From Alphaproteobacteria bacterium (GTDB lineage Bacteria; Pseudomonadota; Alphaproteobacteria; SHVV01), in NCBI GenBank assembly GCA_965261735.1, contig OZ253470.1, forward strand, positions 4,800,001 to 4,864,000: a stretch of DNA of 64,000 bases, written 5' to 3'. Each line of letters opens with the position of its first letter. Position 1 is the first letter of the stretch. The position numbers were made by a program, and so were the translations under genes. Positions 55,068 through 64,000 of this stretch are shown here, piece by piece. The notes under the pieces are model-generated. The model made no database searches. It was not told the origin of the DNA and was given only the letters and a program-made list of their open reading frames with translations.

Positions 55068-55831
55068 GTCATCCCCCAGCTGCCGCCAGGCGCGCCGGCG
55101 AAGGCCTCTTCGATGGACTCCTGATCTGGCGCCGCGCCGCTTGGCGCTGTGTAGACAATACTACCGTATCGCAAGACATAAACATGATCCGCCACTTCCA
55201 CGCCTTTCTTCAAGTTCTTCTCAACGATGAGTCCAGACAGGCTACTGTCACGGTTAAGCGAGCGGATGACGGCGAATAGCTCATCCACAATGCGGCCCGA
55301 GAGTCCACGAGAGGGCTCATCGAGAAGGAGAAAACGCGGCCGGCCCATGAGGGCACGGGTGATCGATAGCATGCGCTGATCGCCGCCGCTGAGGTGTCCC
55401 GCGAGCCGCTCGCGCTGGAGCCTTAGCATGGGCACGAGATCGTACTGGCGCTCCATGTCGCGCTCGATCTCCCGCTTGTCGCCGCGCAAATAGGCCCCGA
55501 CGCGGAGGTTTTCCTCAACCGTGAATCGCGGCAGGACGGGTTCCTCGGCCGCCACTAAAAATATTCCGAGTTCGGGACGCGCGTGGACGGGCAGGCTCAC
55601 AAGATCGATCCATTGGGTGCCGTCGTGAAACTCGATCGTGCCGTCACGGATGCTGGTGAGCCCGGCGATCGAGGCCAATATGGTCGTCTTACCCGCGAGC
55701 CTCGGCCCCAATAGCACGACGATCTCCGCATCCCGCACCTCGAATGAAACGCCGTGCACGACCGGCTCTCGGCCATGGTCAACATGCAGGTTGGAAACCC
55801 GCAGCACCGGTTTGCCGACCGCGCGATCCAT
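55064..55831 (-). CDS. LivF-like ABC transporter ATP-binding protein, no permease nearby
   Basis: [24 protein letters not shown]; ATGA overlap with prpD. Confidence 0.8.
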   Translation of the reverse strand: MDRAVGKPVLRVSNLHVDHGREPVVHGVSFEVRDAEIVVLLGPRLAGKTTILASIAGLTSIRDGTIEFHDGTQWIDLVSLPVHARPELGIFLVAAEEPVLPRFTVEENLRVGAYLRGDKREIERDMERQYDLVPMLRLQRERLAGHLSGGDQRMLSITRALMGRPRFLLLDEPSRGLSGRIVDELFAVIRSLNRDSSLSGLIVEKNLKKGVEVADHVYVLRYGSIVYTAPSGAAPDQESIEEAFAGAPGGSWGMT

Positions 55832-56065
55832 CCGCTACATCCGCGCCCGCTTGGATCCTCCCCCGACACCGGAGGAGCGCCCCCCCTTGATGCCGCGCAC
55901 CTTGTTGACTACGTTTTCGGCGATCCCCGCTGCGCGGGGAGGGCTCGTTGATGCGCGGCCACGCGCAGTCTACACCGGCGGATCGGCGTGGCAATCGGCG
56001 CAGCTATCGATGTCTGCGGGCGGAAGCGGGGAGGCGATGACGCACGGCGGCGAGGGGTCCATTCG

Positions 56066-59000
56066 GTGAGGCCGGTGCTTGGACAGATCGCCGGTGTTGC
56101 ACTCCTGAGCGCGCTCCTCGCCGGTTGCGCGATCCTCACGCCGCTACCCCAAAGGGTCACGTTATCCGAGCGCTTGGCGGTTTTTCCAACGGTCGGCCTG
56201 CCACTGCGCCAGCCGGTCATCATTTACTGGGACGACCACCAAATCCCCTTCATCGAGGCCGCGCACGATGAGGACCTGGCCGTCGCCCTGGGGCTGGTGC
56301 ACGCTCATCTGCGTCTCGGCCAAATGGAGGCCCTGAGGCGGGTGTCGCAGGGCCGTATGGCCGAGGTCGTTGGGCCGCTCGCGACCGATATCGATCATGC
56401 CTTGCGTATCGTGAATTTCGGCGCCGCGGTCCCGGACATGATCGAAGCCCTGCCCGCCGAGACGCGTCTATGGCTCGAGGCGTTCGTGCGCGGGGTCAAC
56501 CACTATCAGGAGCGGATGGTACGGCGGCCGCACGAATTCGCGGTGCTCGCGATCAAACCGGAACCGTGGAGCGTGGCGGACCTACTGACGATAGGACGGC
56601 TCGCCTCGGCGGACGTGAACTGGCTCGTGTGGTTTCAGCTCCTGAAACCGCGCGAGCGCCGGGACTGGCCGCAGTTGTGGGCGCGACTGGTCGACGAGGG
56701 AACCGCGTCGGTGCCGAGCTATGTCGCTGCCGCGCCGTCCTCGCTGGCGCAGCTCAGCGAACTCCTCGCCGGGCTCAGCCGTTCGGGCAGCAATTCCCTC
56801 GCCGTCAACGGCGCCCGCAGCGCGAGCGGCGGCGCGCTGATGGCGAGCGATCCCCACCTCGGCATATCGCTCCCCAACCTGTGGCTCGTTGCCGGCTACA
56901 AATCGCCGTCCTACCACGCGGTCGGGCTCATGATCCCGGGCCTGCCGTTCGTAGCGGTCGGGCGCAATCCGTGGATTGCCTGGGGCGGTACGAATCTTCG
57001 CGCCGCCAGCAGCGATCTCTACGACGTGTCGTCCCTCCCGGCCGACGCCATTGAGGAGCGCCGCGAGCACATCGCCGTGCGCGGATGGTTCGACCGCGAC
57101 ATCACGGTGCGGGTGGCACCCCACGGGCCGATCGTGACCGATGCTCCGATGCTGGACTCGGGGCCGGGAACAGCGCTGGCGTTACGCTGGATCGGGCACC
57201 GGCCGAGCGACGAGATGACGGCGATGCTCAACGTCAACCGCGCCCGCGATTGGCCCCAGTTTCGCGCCTCGCTGGCCGGCTTCGCGATCTCGGGCCAGAA
57301 CATGCTGTATGCGGACGCCAACGGTCACGTCGGCCAGACCATGGCGGCGCATCTGCCGCGCCGCGCGCTCGGCAGGCCCGCCGACATGGTGCTCGAGCCC
57401 GACGCCACGGCGCATTGGAACGAGGTCGTCACGGGCCGGGAGCTGCCGGCGCGCTTCGACCCGGCGGCGGGCTATCTCGCGTCGGCCAACAATCGCGGCG
57501 CCCACGCGGAAGTCCCGGTGGGCTACTTCTTTTCTCCCAACGACCGCATCGAGCGGCTCTCCGAGCTGCTCGAGTCGCGGCAGTCCATTGGCGTCGACGA
57601 CCTGGCCCGCGTACAGCGCGATGTTTACATGGCTTCCGCCGTAGCCCTGCGCGACCGGTTCGTCGCACGCCTCGAGTCGCCCGGCCTTTCGGGCCGTCTC
57701 GATCCCGAACACAAACAGCTGGTAGCCCGCCTCGCGGCGTGGGATGGGCACTACTCGGAGGACTCGCAGGGCGCGCTCGCATTTGAGCTCTTGCTCCACC
57801 ATTTCGTGGAGGCCTACTACGACGAAACCGCGCTCGACGCCTATTCGGCGGCTGGCCGGATGCTGAAGTTGATCAGGGACGACGTCGCCGGGGCGGACGA
57901 ATCGGCGCTCGCTCCGGTGCTCGTCGCGGCGCTGGACAATGCCGCCGAAGCGGCCGAGGGATTTACGGGCTGGGGCGACATGCACCGACTCGGCCTGGCG
58001 CATCCTCTGAGTTTCCTCCCGCTCATCGGATCGCGCTATCGCTTCGCCGACCTTCCTGCGGCGGGTAGCCGTTCGACCGTGATGAAGACCGCGCACGCCC
58101 TCACCGGCGAGCGCCATTTCACGCGCTATGGCTCCAATGCCCGGCACATCTCGGACCTCTCCGACGACGACCGCAACTACTTCGTTCTGCTCGGAGGCCA
58201 GGACGGCTGGTTCGGCAGCACGACGTTCATGGACCAGGTGGCGCTGTGGCAGCGCGGTGACTATGTGGAAGTCCCGCTCCGGTTGGATACAGTGCGCGCG
58301 AAGTTCTCCTATCGAACCGAGCTGGCTCCGCAACCTGTAGGGTTTTCGACGCGGGGCGGGCCCGCGGTCGCGCCACCATTTGTCATGCTCGACGCCACGC
58401 CTCTCTTCAGGCTTTATGCGCGCCGGCGCCGGCGCGCGCTGGAGGCGCTCGACCCGGTGGCGGCGCAGGAGAGCGCGCTTCTCCGCCTCCTCGCACGGGC
58501 GAGCGACACTCGTTTCGGGCGGGACCACCATTTCGCGGCCATTTCCAGCGTGGCCGATTTCCAGGCCCGCGTGCCGCTGCGACGCTACGAGGACTTCTGG
58601 GAGGCGTACTGGCGGCGCCCGTTCCCTCGGCTCGTCGATGTTACCTGGCCCGGCCTCATCCCCCATTTCGCCGTGACCTCGGGCACGACCACGGGTGTCA
58701 CCAAGTTCATCCCCTGCTCGCACGAGGTGTTGCGCGCCAACCGGCAAGCCGGCGCCGACGTGCTCGCCTATCACGTAGCGCATCGGCCTGCGAGCCAGGT
58801 GCTCGCCGGCAAGTCCTTCATGCTCGGCGGCAGCACCGACCTGACGCAGCGCGCACCTGGCGTGCTCAGTGGCGATCTCAGCGGCATCGCCGCCCGCACG
58901 ACGCCCTGGTGGGCGCGCTCACGCACCTTTCCCCCGCCCCGGCTCGCGCTCATCGAGGACTGGGAGCGGAAGGTAGAGACTCTCGCGGCGCTGTCGCTGC

Positions 59001-59914
59001 GGCAGGATATCCGTTCGTTGAGCGGCACGCCGAGCTGGCTGCTCGTCTTTTTCGACAAGCTCGCCGCGCTCCGCCCGCAAGGGGGCCCGCGCATGATCGA
59101 TTTCTACCCTCGGCTCGAGCTTCTAGTGCACGGTGGTGTCCCATTCGCGCCCTACCGGCGGCGGTTCGAAACTCTGCTCGAAGGAAGTCGGGCCGACCTG
59201 CGCGAAGTCTACGCGGCGAGCGAAGGCTTCATCGCCATCGCCGACCGCGGCGCCGACGATGGGCTCAGGCTCGCCCTGGACAACGGGCTGTTCTTCGAGT
59301 TCGTTCCCGTCGGCGAACTCGACAACCCCAATCCCGTGCGCCACTGGCTGGCCACGGTCGAGCCGGAGGTGAATTACGCGCTCGTGCTGAGCAGCTGCGC
59401 CGGGCTGTGGGCTTACGTCGTCGGTGACACGGTGCGCTTCGTCGCGCGCCATCCGCCCCGCATCGTCGTAACCGGCCGCACGTCCTACACGCTGTCCGCC
59501 TTTGGCGAGCACCTCATCGCCGAGGAGGTCGAGGCGGCGGTCGCCGACGCGGCGGCCGAGACCGGCACAACTGTCGCGGACTACGCCGTGGGTGCCACTT
59601 TTCCGCAACACGTGGGCGAGCTCGGCGGCCACCTCTATGTCGTCGAGTTCGCCGATGGCCTCCCGACCATGGGCCAGCTCGCCGCCTTCGCGCGGGCGCT
59701 CGATGTACGGTTGTGCGAGACCAACGAGGACTACGCGGCCCACCGCGCCGGTGGATTCGGGCTCAATGCGCCCCGCGTTCAAGCGCTCTCCCGCGGCGGC
59801 TTCGCCGCATGGATGAAAAGCCGAGGTCAGCTCGGCGGTCAACACAAGGTGCCGCGCCTCATCAGCGATGAGGCGCTGTTCCGTGCCTTGAGGGAGTTTG
59901 CCGGCAGCGGCTGA
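56066..59914 (+). CDS. Penicillin acylase-family lipoprotein in one reading frame with a GH3 (acyl acid-amido synthetase-like) domain starting at ATG 58385
   Basis: LAGC lipobox, DHQIPFI, GSNSLAV Ntn nucleophile, SDPHL; then TSGTT..KFIP, YAASEGF, YVVGDTV, GGQHKVPR. Confidence 0.8.
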   Translation: MRPVLGQIAGVALLSALLAGCAILTPLPQRVTLSERLAVFPTVGLPLRQPVIIYWDDHQIPFIEAAHDEDLAVALGLVHAHLRLGQMEALRRVSQGRMAEVVGPLATDIDHALRIVNFGAAVPDMIEALPAETRLWLEAFVRGVNHYQERMVRRPHEFAVLAIKPEPWSVADLLTIGRLASADVNWLVWFQLLKPRERRDWPQLWARLVDEGTASVPSYVAAAPSSLAQLSELLAGLSRSGSNSLAVNGARSASGGALMASDPHLGISLPNLWLVAGYKSPSYHAVGLMIPGLPFVAVGRNPWIAWGGTNLRAASSDLYDVSSLPADAIEERREHIAVRGWFDRDITVRVAPHGPIVTDAPMLDSGPGTALALRWIGHRPSDEMTAMLNVNRARDWPQFRASLAGFAISGQNMLYADANGHVGQTMAAHLPRRALGRPADMVLEPDATAHWNEVVTGRELPARFDPAAGYLASANNRGAHAEVPVGYFFSPNDRIERLSELLESRQSIGVDDLARVQRDVYMASAVALRDRFVARLESPGLSGRLDPEHKQLVARLAAWDGHYSEDSQGALAFELLLHHFVEAYYDETALDAYSAAGRMLKLIRDDVAGADESALAPVLVAALDNAAEAAEGFTGWGDMHRLGLAHPLSFLPLIGSRYRFADLPAAGSRSTVMKTAHALTGERHFTRYGSNARHISDLSDDDRNYFVLLGGQDGWFGSTTFMDQVALWQRGDYVEVPLRLDTVRAKFSYRTELAPQPVGFSTRGGPAVAPPFVMLDATPLFRLYARRRRRALEALDPVAAQESALLRLLARASDTRFGRDHHFAAISSVADFQARVPLRRYEDFWEAYWRRPFPRLVDVTWPGLIPHFAVTSGTTTGVTKFIPCSHEVLRANRQAGADVLAYHVAHRPASQVLAGKSFMLGGSTDLTQRAPGVLSGDLSGIAARTTPWWARSRTFPPPRLALIEDWERKVETLAALSLRQDIRSLSGTPSWLLVFFDKLAALRPQGGPRMIDFYPRLELLVHGGVPFAPYRRRFETLLEGSRADLREVYAASEGFIAIADRGADDGLRLALDNGLFFEFVPVGELDNPNPVRHWLATVEPEVNYALVLSSCAGLWAYVVGDTVRFVARHPPRIVVTGRTSYTLSAFGEHLIAEEVEAAVADAAAETGTTVADYAVGATFPQHVGELGGHLYVVEFADGLPTMGQLAAFARALDVRLCETNEDYAAHRAGGFGLNAPRVQALSRGGFAAWMKSRGQLGGQHKVPRLISDEALFRALREFAGSG

Positions 59915-60003
59915 AGGGTGACCACGTTTTCCGTCGACAGCGATTGCGGCCTTCGCGCAAGATGCGCGCGCGTAGACGATCAAGAATATTACGGGAGGGC
60001 AAC

Positions 60004-60831
60004 ATGCGCATCAGCTTCACGGACGTCGATGGCGTCAACACTCGCTACTACCACGAGGGCGAGGGCTATCCGCTGGTGCTCGTGCATGGCGGCGGCGTCT
60101 CGGCGGACAACTGGGCTTCAAGCATCGATCGGCTGGCGAAGGATTTCGCCGTGTACGCGCCGGACATGTTGGGGAGCGGGTTCACCGATACGATCGACCT
60201 CAAGGGCGAGCCGCCGCAGCTTCACAACGTCGCGCACCTACGGAAGTTCCTCGACCAGCTGGGGATCGAGCGCTGCGCCATCGGCGGCAGCTCGTATGGC
60301 GCGCTGATCTCGGCGCTCACCTACTTCGATCGCCCGGAGCGCATTGAAAAGCTGATACTGATCGGTAGTGCGTCCGTGTTTCATCCGCCCGAGGAATTGA
60401 CGAGTTCCCTCGATGGCACCCGCAAGAACGCCACCTCGGCGCTCGGCAATCCAACGTTCGAGACCTGTCACGCCCGGCTCGGGCGCATCTTTTACGACAA
60501 GTCAAAGATACCCGACGACGTTATTCTCACTCAGCTCACGATCTACGCCCAACCCGATCGCCTGCCCTATTTCCAGCAGTTCCTCGACGGCATGGTGGCG
60601 TCGGTCAATTCTCCGGCGCATCGGGTCTTCGAGCGACTCGAGGAGATCAAGGTGCCGACGCTGACCATCCAGGGACGCGACGACATTCGTGCCAAGCTGC
60701 CGGTCATCCAGGAGCAGCACAAGCGCCTGCCCAACTCGAATCTCGTCATCGTCGACGAGTGCGGGCACATGCCGCACCTTGAGCACAACGACAGGTTCTG
60801 CCAGCTGGTAACCGACTTCGTTCGCGGCTAG
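60004..60831 (+). CDS. Alpha/beta hydrolase (BphD/MhpC-like)
   Basis: VHGGG, GSSYGA, QGRDD, CGHMPH; RBS GGGAGG. Confidence 0.88.
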   Translation: MRISFTDVDGVNTRYYHEGEGYPLVLVHGGGVSADNWASSIDRLAKDFAVYAPDMLGSGFTDTIDLKGEPPQLHNVAHLRKFLDQLGIERCAIGGSSYGALISALTYFDRPERIEKLILIGSASVFHPPEELTSSLDGTRKNATSALGNPTFETCHARLGRIFYDKSKIPDDVILTQLTIYAQPDRLPYFQQFLDGMVASVNSPAHRVFERLEEIKVPTLTIQGRDDIRAKLPVIQEQHKRLPNSNLVIVDECGHMPHLEHNDRFCQLVTDFVRG

Positions 60832-63134
60832 CCGCCGGCGGCGCGAATCGCCCGCCAGACCCGCTCCGGCGTTGCCGGCATGTCGACATGGGTGATGCCG
60901 AGCCCGGCGAGCGCGTCGACGACGGCGTTGACCACCGCGGGCGGCGCGCCGATGGCGCCGGCCTCGCCGGCACCCTTGACGCCGAGCGGGTTGGTGGGGC
61001 AGGGGACCTCGTTCCAATCGACGGCGATCGTGGGAATATCGCTCGCGCGCGGCAAGCCATAGTCCATAAAGCTGCCGGTGAGTAGCTGACCCGAACCTTC
61101 GTCGTAGACCGTATTCTCGATCAGCGCCTGGCCCACGCCCTGGACGACGCCGCCGTGTACCTGGCCGGCGAGCGTCAGCGGATTGACGACCCGGCCGAAG
61201 TCGTCGACCGCGGTAAAGTTGACGAGAGCGACCACGCCCGTGTCGGGATCGATCTCGACCTCGCAGACGTGGCAGCCGTTGGGAAAGGCGGAGGCTTCCG
61301 GCGTGAAGGTACCGCCGCCGATGAGGGCGCCGCCGTTGCCCTTGCGGGCCGCCGCGGCAACGCTGAGGAGGTCGGCCGAGCGGTCTGTGCCGGCCACGGT
61401 GAAGCGCCCATCGGCAAACTCGATGTCGCTCGCCGCCGCCTCGAGAAGTTCGGACGCGATCGGCTTGGCCTTGTCGATCAAGTCGTCGGCGGCGACCAAT
61501 ACGGCGCCGCCGCCGTCCATGATGGTGCGCGACCCGCCCGAGCCGTGGCCGCTCGGGGTATCGTCGGTGTCGCCCTCGCGAACGTTGATGGCGTCGAACG
61601 GGACGCCCAATCGATCGACGAGAATCTGGGCGAATGGCGTTTCGTGGCCCTGGCCGCTCGCTTGCGTGCCGACCATGGCGGTGAGGCTGTCGTCCTCTTC
61701 GAAGCGTAGGACGGCGTCCTCGCCGCCAATCAATGGACCGCCGGTGATGTCGATGTAGTAGGCCATGCCGATCCCGCGCAACAGGCCGCGGGAGCGCGCC
61801 GCTTCGCGGCGCTTCGCGAAATCCTTCCAGCCGGCGAGGGCCATCGCATCGTCCATGTTGCGGGCGAACTCGCCACTGTCGAAGGTCACCTTGAGGCAGG
61901 TCGTGTAGGGCATCGCGTCGGCGGGGATGTAGTTGCGCCGGCGAAGCTCCGCGCCGTCGATCGCCAGCTCGCGCGCGGCTACATCGATCAGGCGTTCGAT
62001 CAGGTAGATCGCCTCGGGCCGCCCGGCCCCGCGGTAGGCGTCGACCGGCACCGTATTGGTGTAGACGCCCTTGTAGGCAACATAGGCGGTCGGGATCGCA
62101 TAAACCCCGACCTGCATCCTTTTGTTGGGAACCGAGGGCGCGAAGTTGGAGAGATAGGCGCCCATGTTGGCGTAGGTCTGTGCGCGCACCGCGAGAAACT
62201 TGCCGTCCGCGTCGAGCGCGAGCTCGGCATGGGTGACGTGGTCGCGCCCCTGGGTGTCGCTGACGAACGCCTGGCTGCGGTCGCAGGTCCACTTGACCGG
62301 GCGGCCGACGCGGCGCGCGGCCCACAGGGTGAGCGCGTATTCGAGGTAAAGAAACAGCTTCATACCGAAACCGCCGCCCACGTCCGGGGTGACGACGCGC
62401 ACGCGCTCGGGCGCGACGTCGAGAATGCTCCCGGCGACGACGTCGCGGACGTAATGGCCGCCCTGGGTGGTCGTGTACAGCGTGTAGGAATCACCCGCCG
62501 GATCATGGCTGCCGACGGCGCCGCGCGGCTCCATCGAATTGATGATCACGCGGTTGTTGACGAAGTCGAGCCGCGTGACGTGGGTAGCCGCCGCGAAGGC
62601 CGCCTCGGTGGCGGCCTCGTCGCCCGTGCTCCAGTCGTAGACGATGTTGTTCGGGGCGTCGTCCCAGACCAGCGGCACATCGGGGCCCGCGGCCCGCGCG
62701 GTGTCGGTTACGACCGGCAGCGGGTCGTAATCGACGGCGACGAGTTCGGCCGCATCGCGCGCGGCGTCCAATGTTTCCGCGACGACCAGCGCGACCGCAT
62801 CACCCACGTGGCGCACGCGCTCGCGCTTCAGCAGGGGATTGGGTGGCACCGGGCTCTTGCTACCGTCGCGGTTCGTCACGGCAGCGATACAGGGGACGTC
62901 GCCTAGGCCGTCGGCCGCCACATCCTCTCCCGTCAGCACGCAAAGCACCTGGGCCGCGGCCTTGGCCTTCGACGTTTCGATGGAGCGGATGACCGCGTGC
63001 GCGTGCGGCGAGCGCAGGATGAAGGCATGCGCCTGACCCGGTAGGTTGATGTCGTCGGTATAACGACCCGTGCCGGTGAGGAAGCGCTGGTCCTCCTTGC
63101 GGGTCACCGGTTGACTCACTCCAAACTTCACCAT
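60828..63134 (-). CDS. Xanthine dehydrogenase family molybdopterin-binding subunit (form II CoxL-like)
   Basis: [45 protein letters not shown]. Confidence 0.9.
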   Translation of the reverse strand: MVKFGVSQPVTRKEDQRFLTGTGRYTDDINLPGQAHAFILRSPHAHAVIRSIETSKAKAAAQVLCVLTGEDVAADGLGDVPCIAAVTNRDGSKSPVPPNPLLKRERVRHVGDAVALVVAETLDAARDAAELVAVDYDPLPVVTDTARAAGPDVPLVWDDAPNNIVYDWSTGDEAATEAAFAAATHVTRLDFVNNRVIINSMEPRGAVGSHDPAGDSYTLYTTTQGGHYVRDVVAGSILDVAPERVRVVTPDVGGGFGMKLFLYLEYALTLWAARRVGRPVKWTCDRSQAFVSDTQGRDHVTHAELALDADGKFLAVRAQTYANMGAYLSNFAPSVPNKRMQVGVYAIPTAYVAYKGVYTNTVPVDAYRGAGRPEAIYLIERLIDVAARELAIDGAELRRRNYIPADAMPYTTCLKVTFDSGEFARNMDDAMALAGWKDFAKRREAARSRGLLRGIGMAYYIDITGGPLIGGEDAVLRFEEDDSLTAMVGTQASGQGHETPFAQILVDRLGVPFDAINVREGDTDDTPSGHGSGGSRTIMDGGGAVLVAADDLIDKAKPIASELLEAAASDIEFADGRFTVAGTDRSADLLSVAAAARKGNGGALIGGGTFTPEASAFPNGCHVCEVEIDPDTGVVALVNFTAVDDFGRVVNPLTLAGQVHGGVVQGVGQALIENTVYDEGSGQLLTGSFMDYGLPRASDIPTIAVDWNEVPCPTNPLGVKGAGEAGAIGAPPAVVNAVVDALAGLGITHVDMPATPERVWRAIRAAGG

Positions 63135-63397
63135 CGGTCCCTCGTTCGTATCTTCGCCAGGGGCCGGACGGCCCGCACCCCGGGGAATATTCAAGCCGCC
63201 GCGGTGTTTACGCTTGCGGTGGTGCTGCGGAGGCTACCGTCCGTGGTGTCCGCTCGGCAAGTTGCTTTCAACTGACCAGCAGCCAGGGGTTCTGCCAGAA
63301 GGGTCTTCAGGGCGAGGTTCGAAGGGCCGCGGTTGCGGGGGCCCGGGTTTCGCGGTTGAATGGACCGCGCCCGCGTCCCGCAGATCCCGGAGCATAT

Positions 63398-63907
63398 GTG
63401 GACGACAAAGGCAGCCTTATCATCGAACAGATACCGCGGTTGCGGCGGTATGCGAGGGCGTTGACCGGCAACCAAACGCTCGCCGACGACCTGGTGCAGG
63501 ACTGTCTCGAGCGCGCCTGGAGCCGCTTCTATCTGTGGCGCCGGGGCAGCAACCTGAGGGCCTGGCTGTTTACGATCTTGCACAATCAATACGCCAACAT
63601 GGTGCGCCGCGAACGCCGGCGGCCCACGCTCGTCCCACTCAGCGACAGGGGTAGCGAGCGTGCCGTCGATCCGGCCCAGGAAGCGTACGTCGAGATCGGC
63701 AGCGTCGCGGTGGCGTTGCGCCAGCTGCCGGAGGAGCAGCGCGCCGTCATCCTCCTCGTCGGGCTCGAGGGCATGACATACGCGGAGGCCGCCAAGGTCT
63801 TGGAGGTACCGATAGGCACGGTGATGTCGCGCCTTGCGCGCGGGCGGGCCCGCCTGCGGCTGCTCGTTTCAGGCGTCGACCCGGCGCGGCGGAAAGAGGG
63901 AACATGA
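63398..63907 (+). CDS. ECF RNA polymerase sigma factor
   Basis: IPRLRRYARAL, ADDLVQD, AWLFTILHN, GTVMSRLARGR. Confidence 0.92.
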   Translation: MDDKGSLIIEQIPRLRRYARALTGNQTLADDLVQDCLERAWSRFYLWRRGSNLRAWLFTILHNQYANMVRRERRRPTLVPLSDRGSERAVDPAQEAYVEIGSVAVALRQLPEEQRAVILLVGLEGMTYAEAAKVLEVPIGTVMSRLARGRARLRLLVSGVDPARRKEGT

Positions 63908-64000
63908 CCAAGCGCCCGATTCCAGTCACCGAGGACGAGCTCCACGCTTACGTGGATGACAGCCTCGATGCGGCGGCGCGCGCGGCGGTCGAGGCCCACC
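63904..64000 (+). CDS. Anti-sigma factor, N-terminus (continues beyond the window)
   Basis: MTKRPIPVTEDELHAYVDDSLD..AVEAH; ATGA overlap with the sigma gene. Confidence 0.85.
   Translation, partial: MTKRPIPVTEDELHAYVDDSLDAAARAAVEAH

Noticed and set aside
63184-63208. GGAATA...GTGTT as an ECF autoregulatory promoter
   Set aside because: Plausible but short, about 190 bp from the start codon, and not testable by eye

Overview
High-GC alphaproteobacterial (probably Rhodospirillales-like) chromosomal segment. It opens with the conserved pyrG-kdsA-eno-ftsB-pdhABC-lpdA-lipA-ratA block, followed by modABC, hisI, metC, sseA, alaX, a cysteine synthase and nudF. An unusual minus-strand cluster then carries three tandem pentein (amidinotransferase/ADI-fold) paralogs with altered substrate-binding motifs, an alpha/beta hydrolase, hspQ and two tandem heme-oxygenase-like diiron (PqqC/CADD-like) paralogs. 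Further along are an orphan fliG, an intact qmoAB-hdrCB sulfur-metabolism cluster without sat/aprBA, tRNA-Ser(TGA), several catabolic genes, an OmpR/histidine kinase/DegP module, prpD, a single ORF joining a penicillin acylase to a GH3 domain, an orphan CoxL-like subunit and an ECF sigma/anti-sigma pair. The window shows much decay. It has five full-length IS elements (three IS1595, two IS256) and an IS30 remnant, several single-base frameshifts (lpdA, fliG, sseA, an ABC/AAA ATPase, one transposase), and deletion junctions that join halves of different genes (yeeE pair, sseA-GNAT) or leave a livF stub. Single-base frameshifts could be sequencing errors; IS insertions with target duplications are unlikely to be. 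All calls come from reading motifs by eye; no database searches were run.
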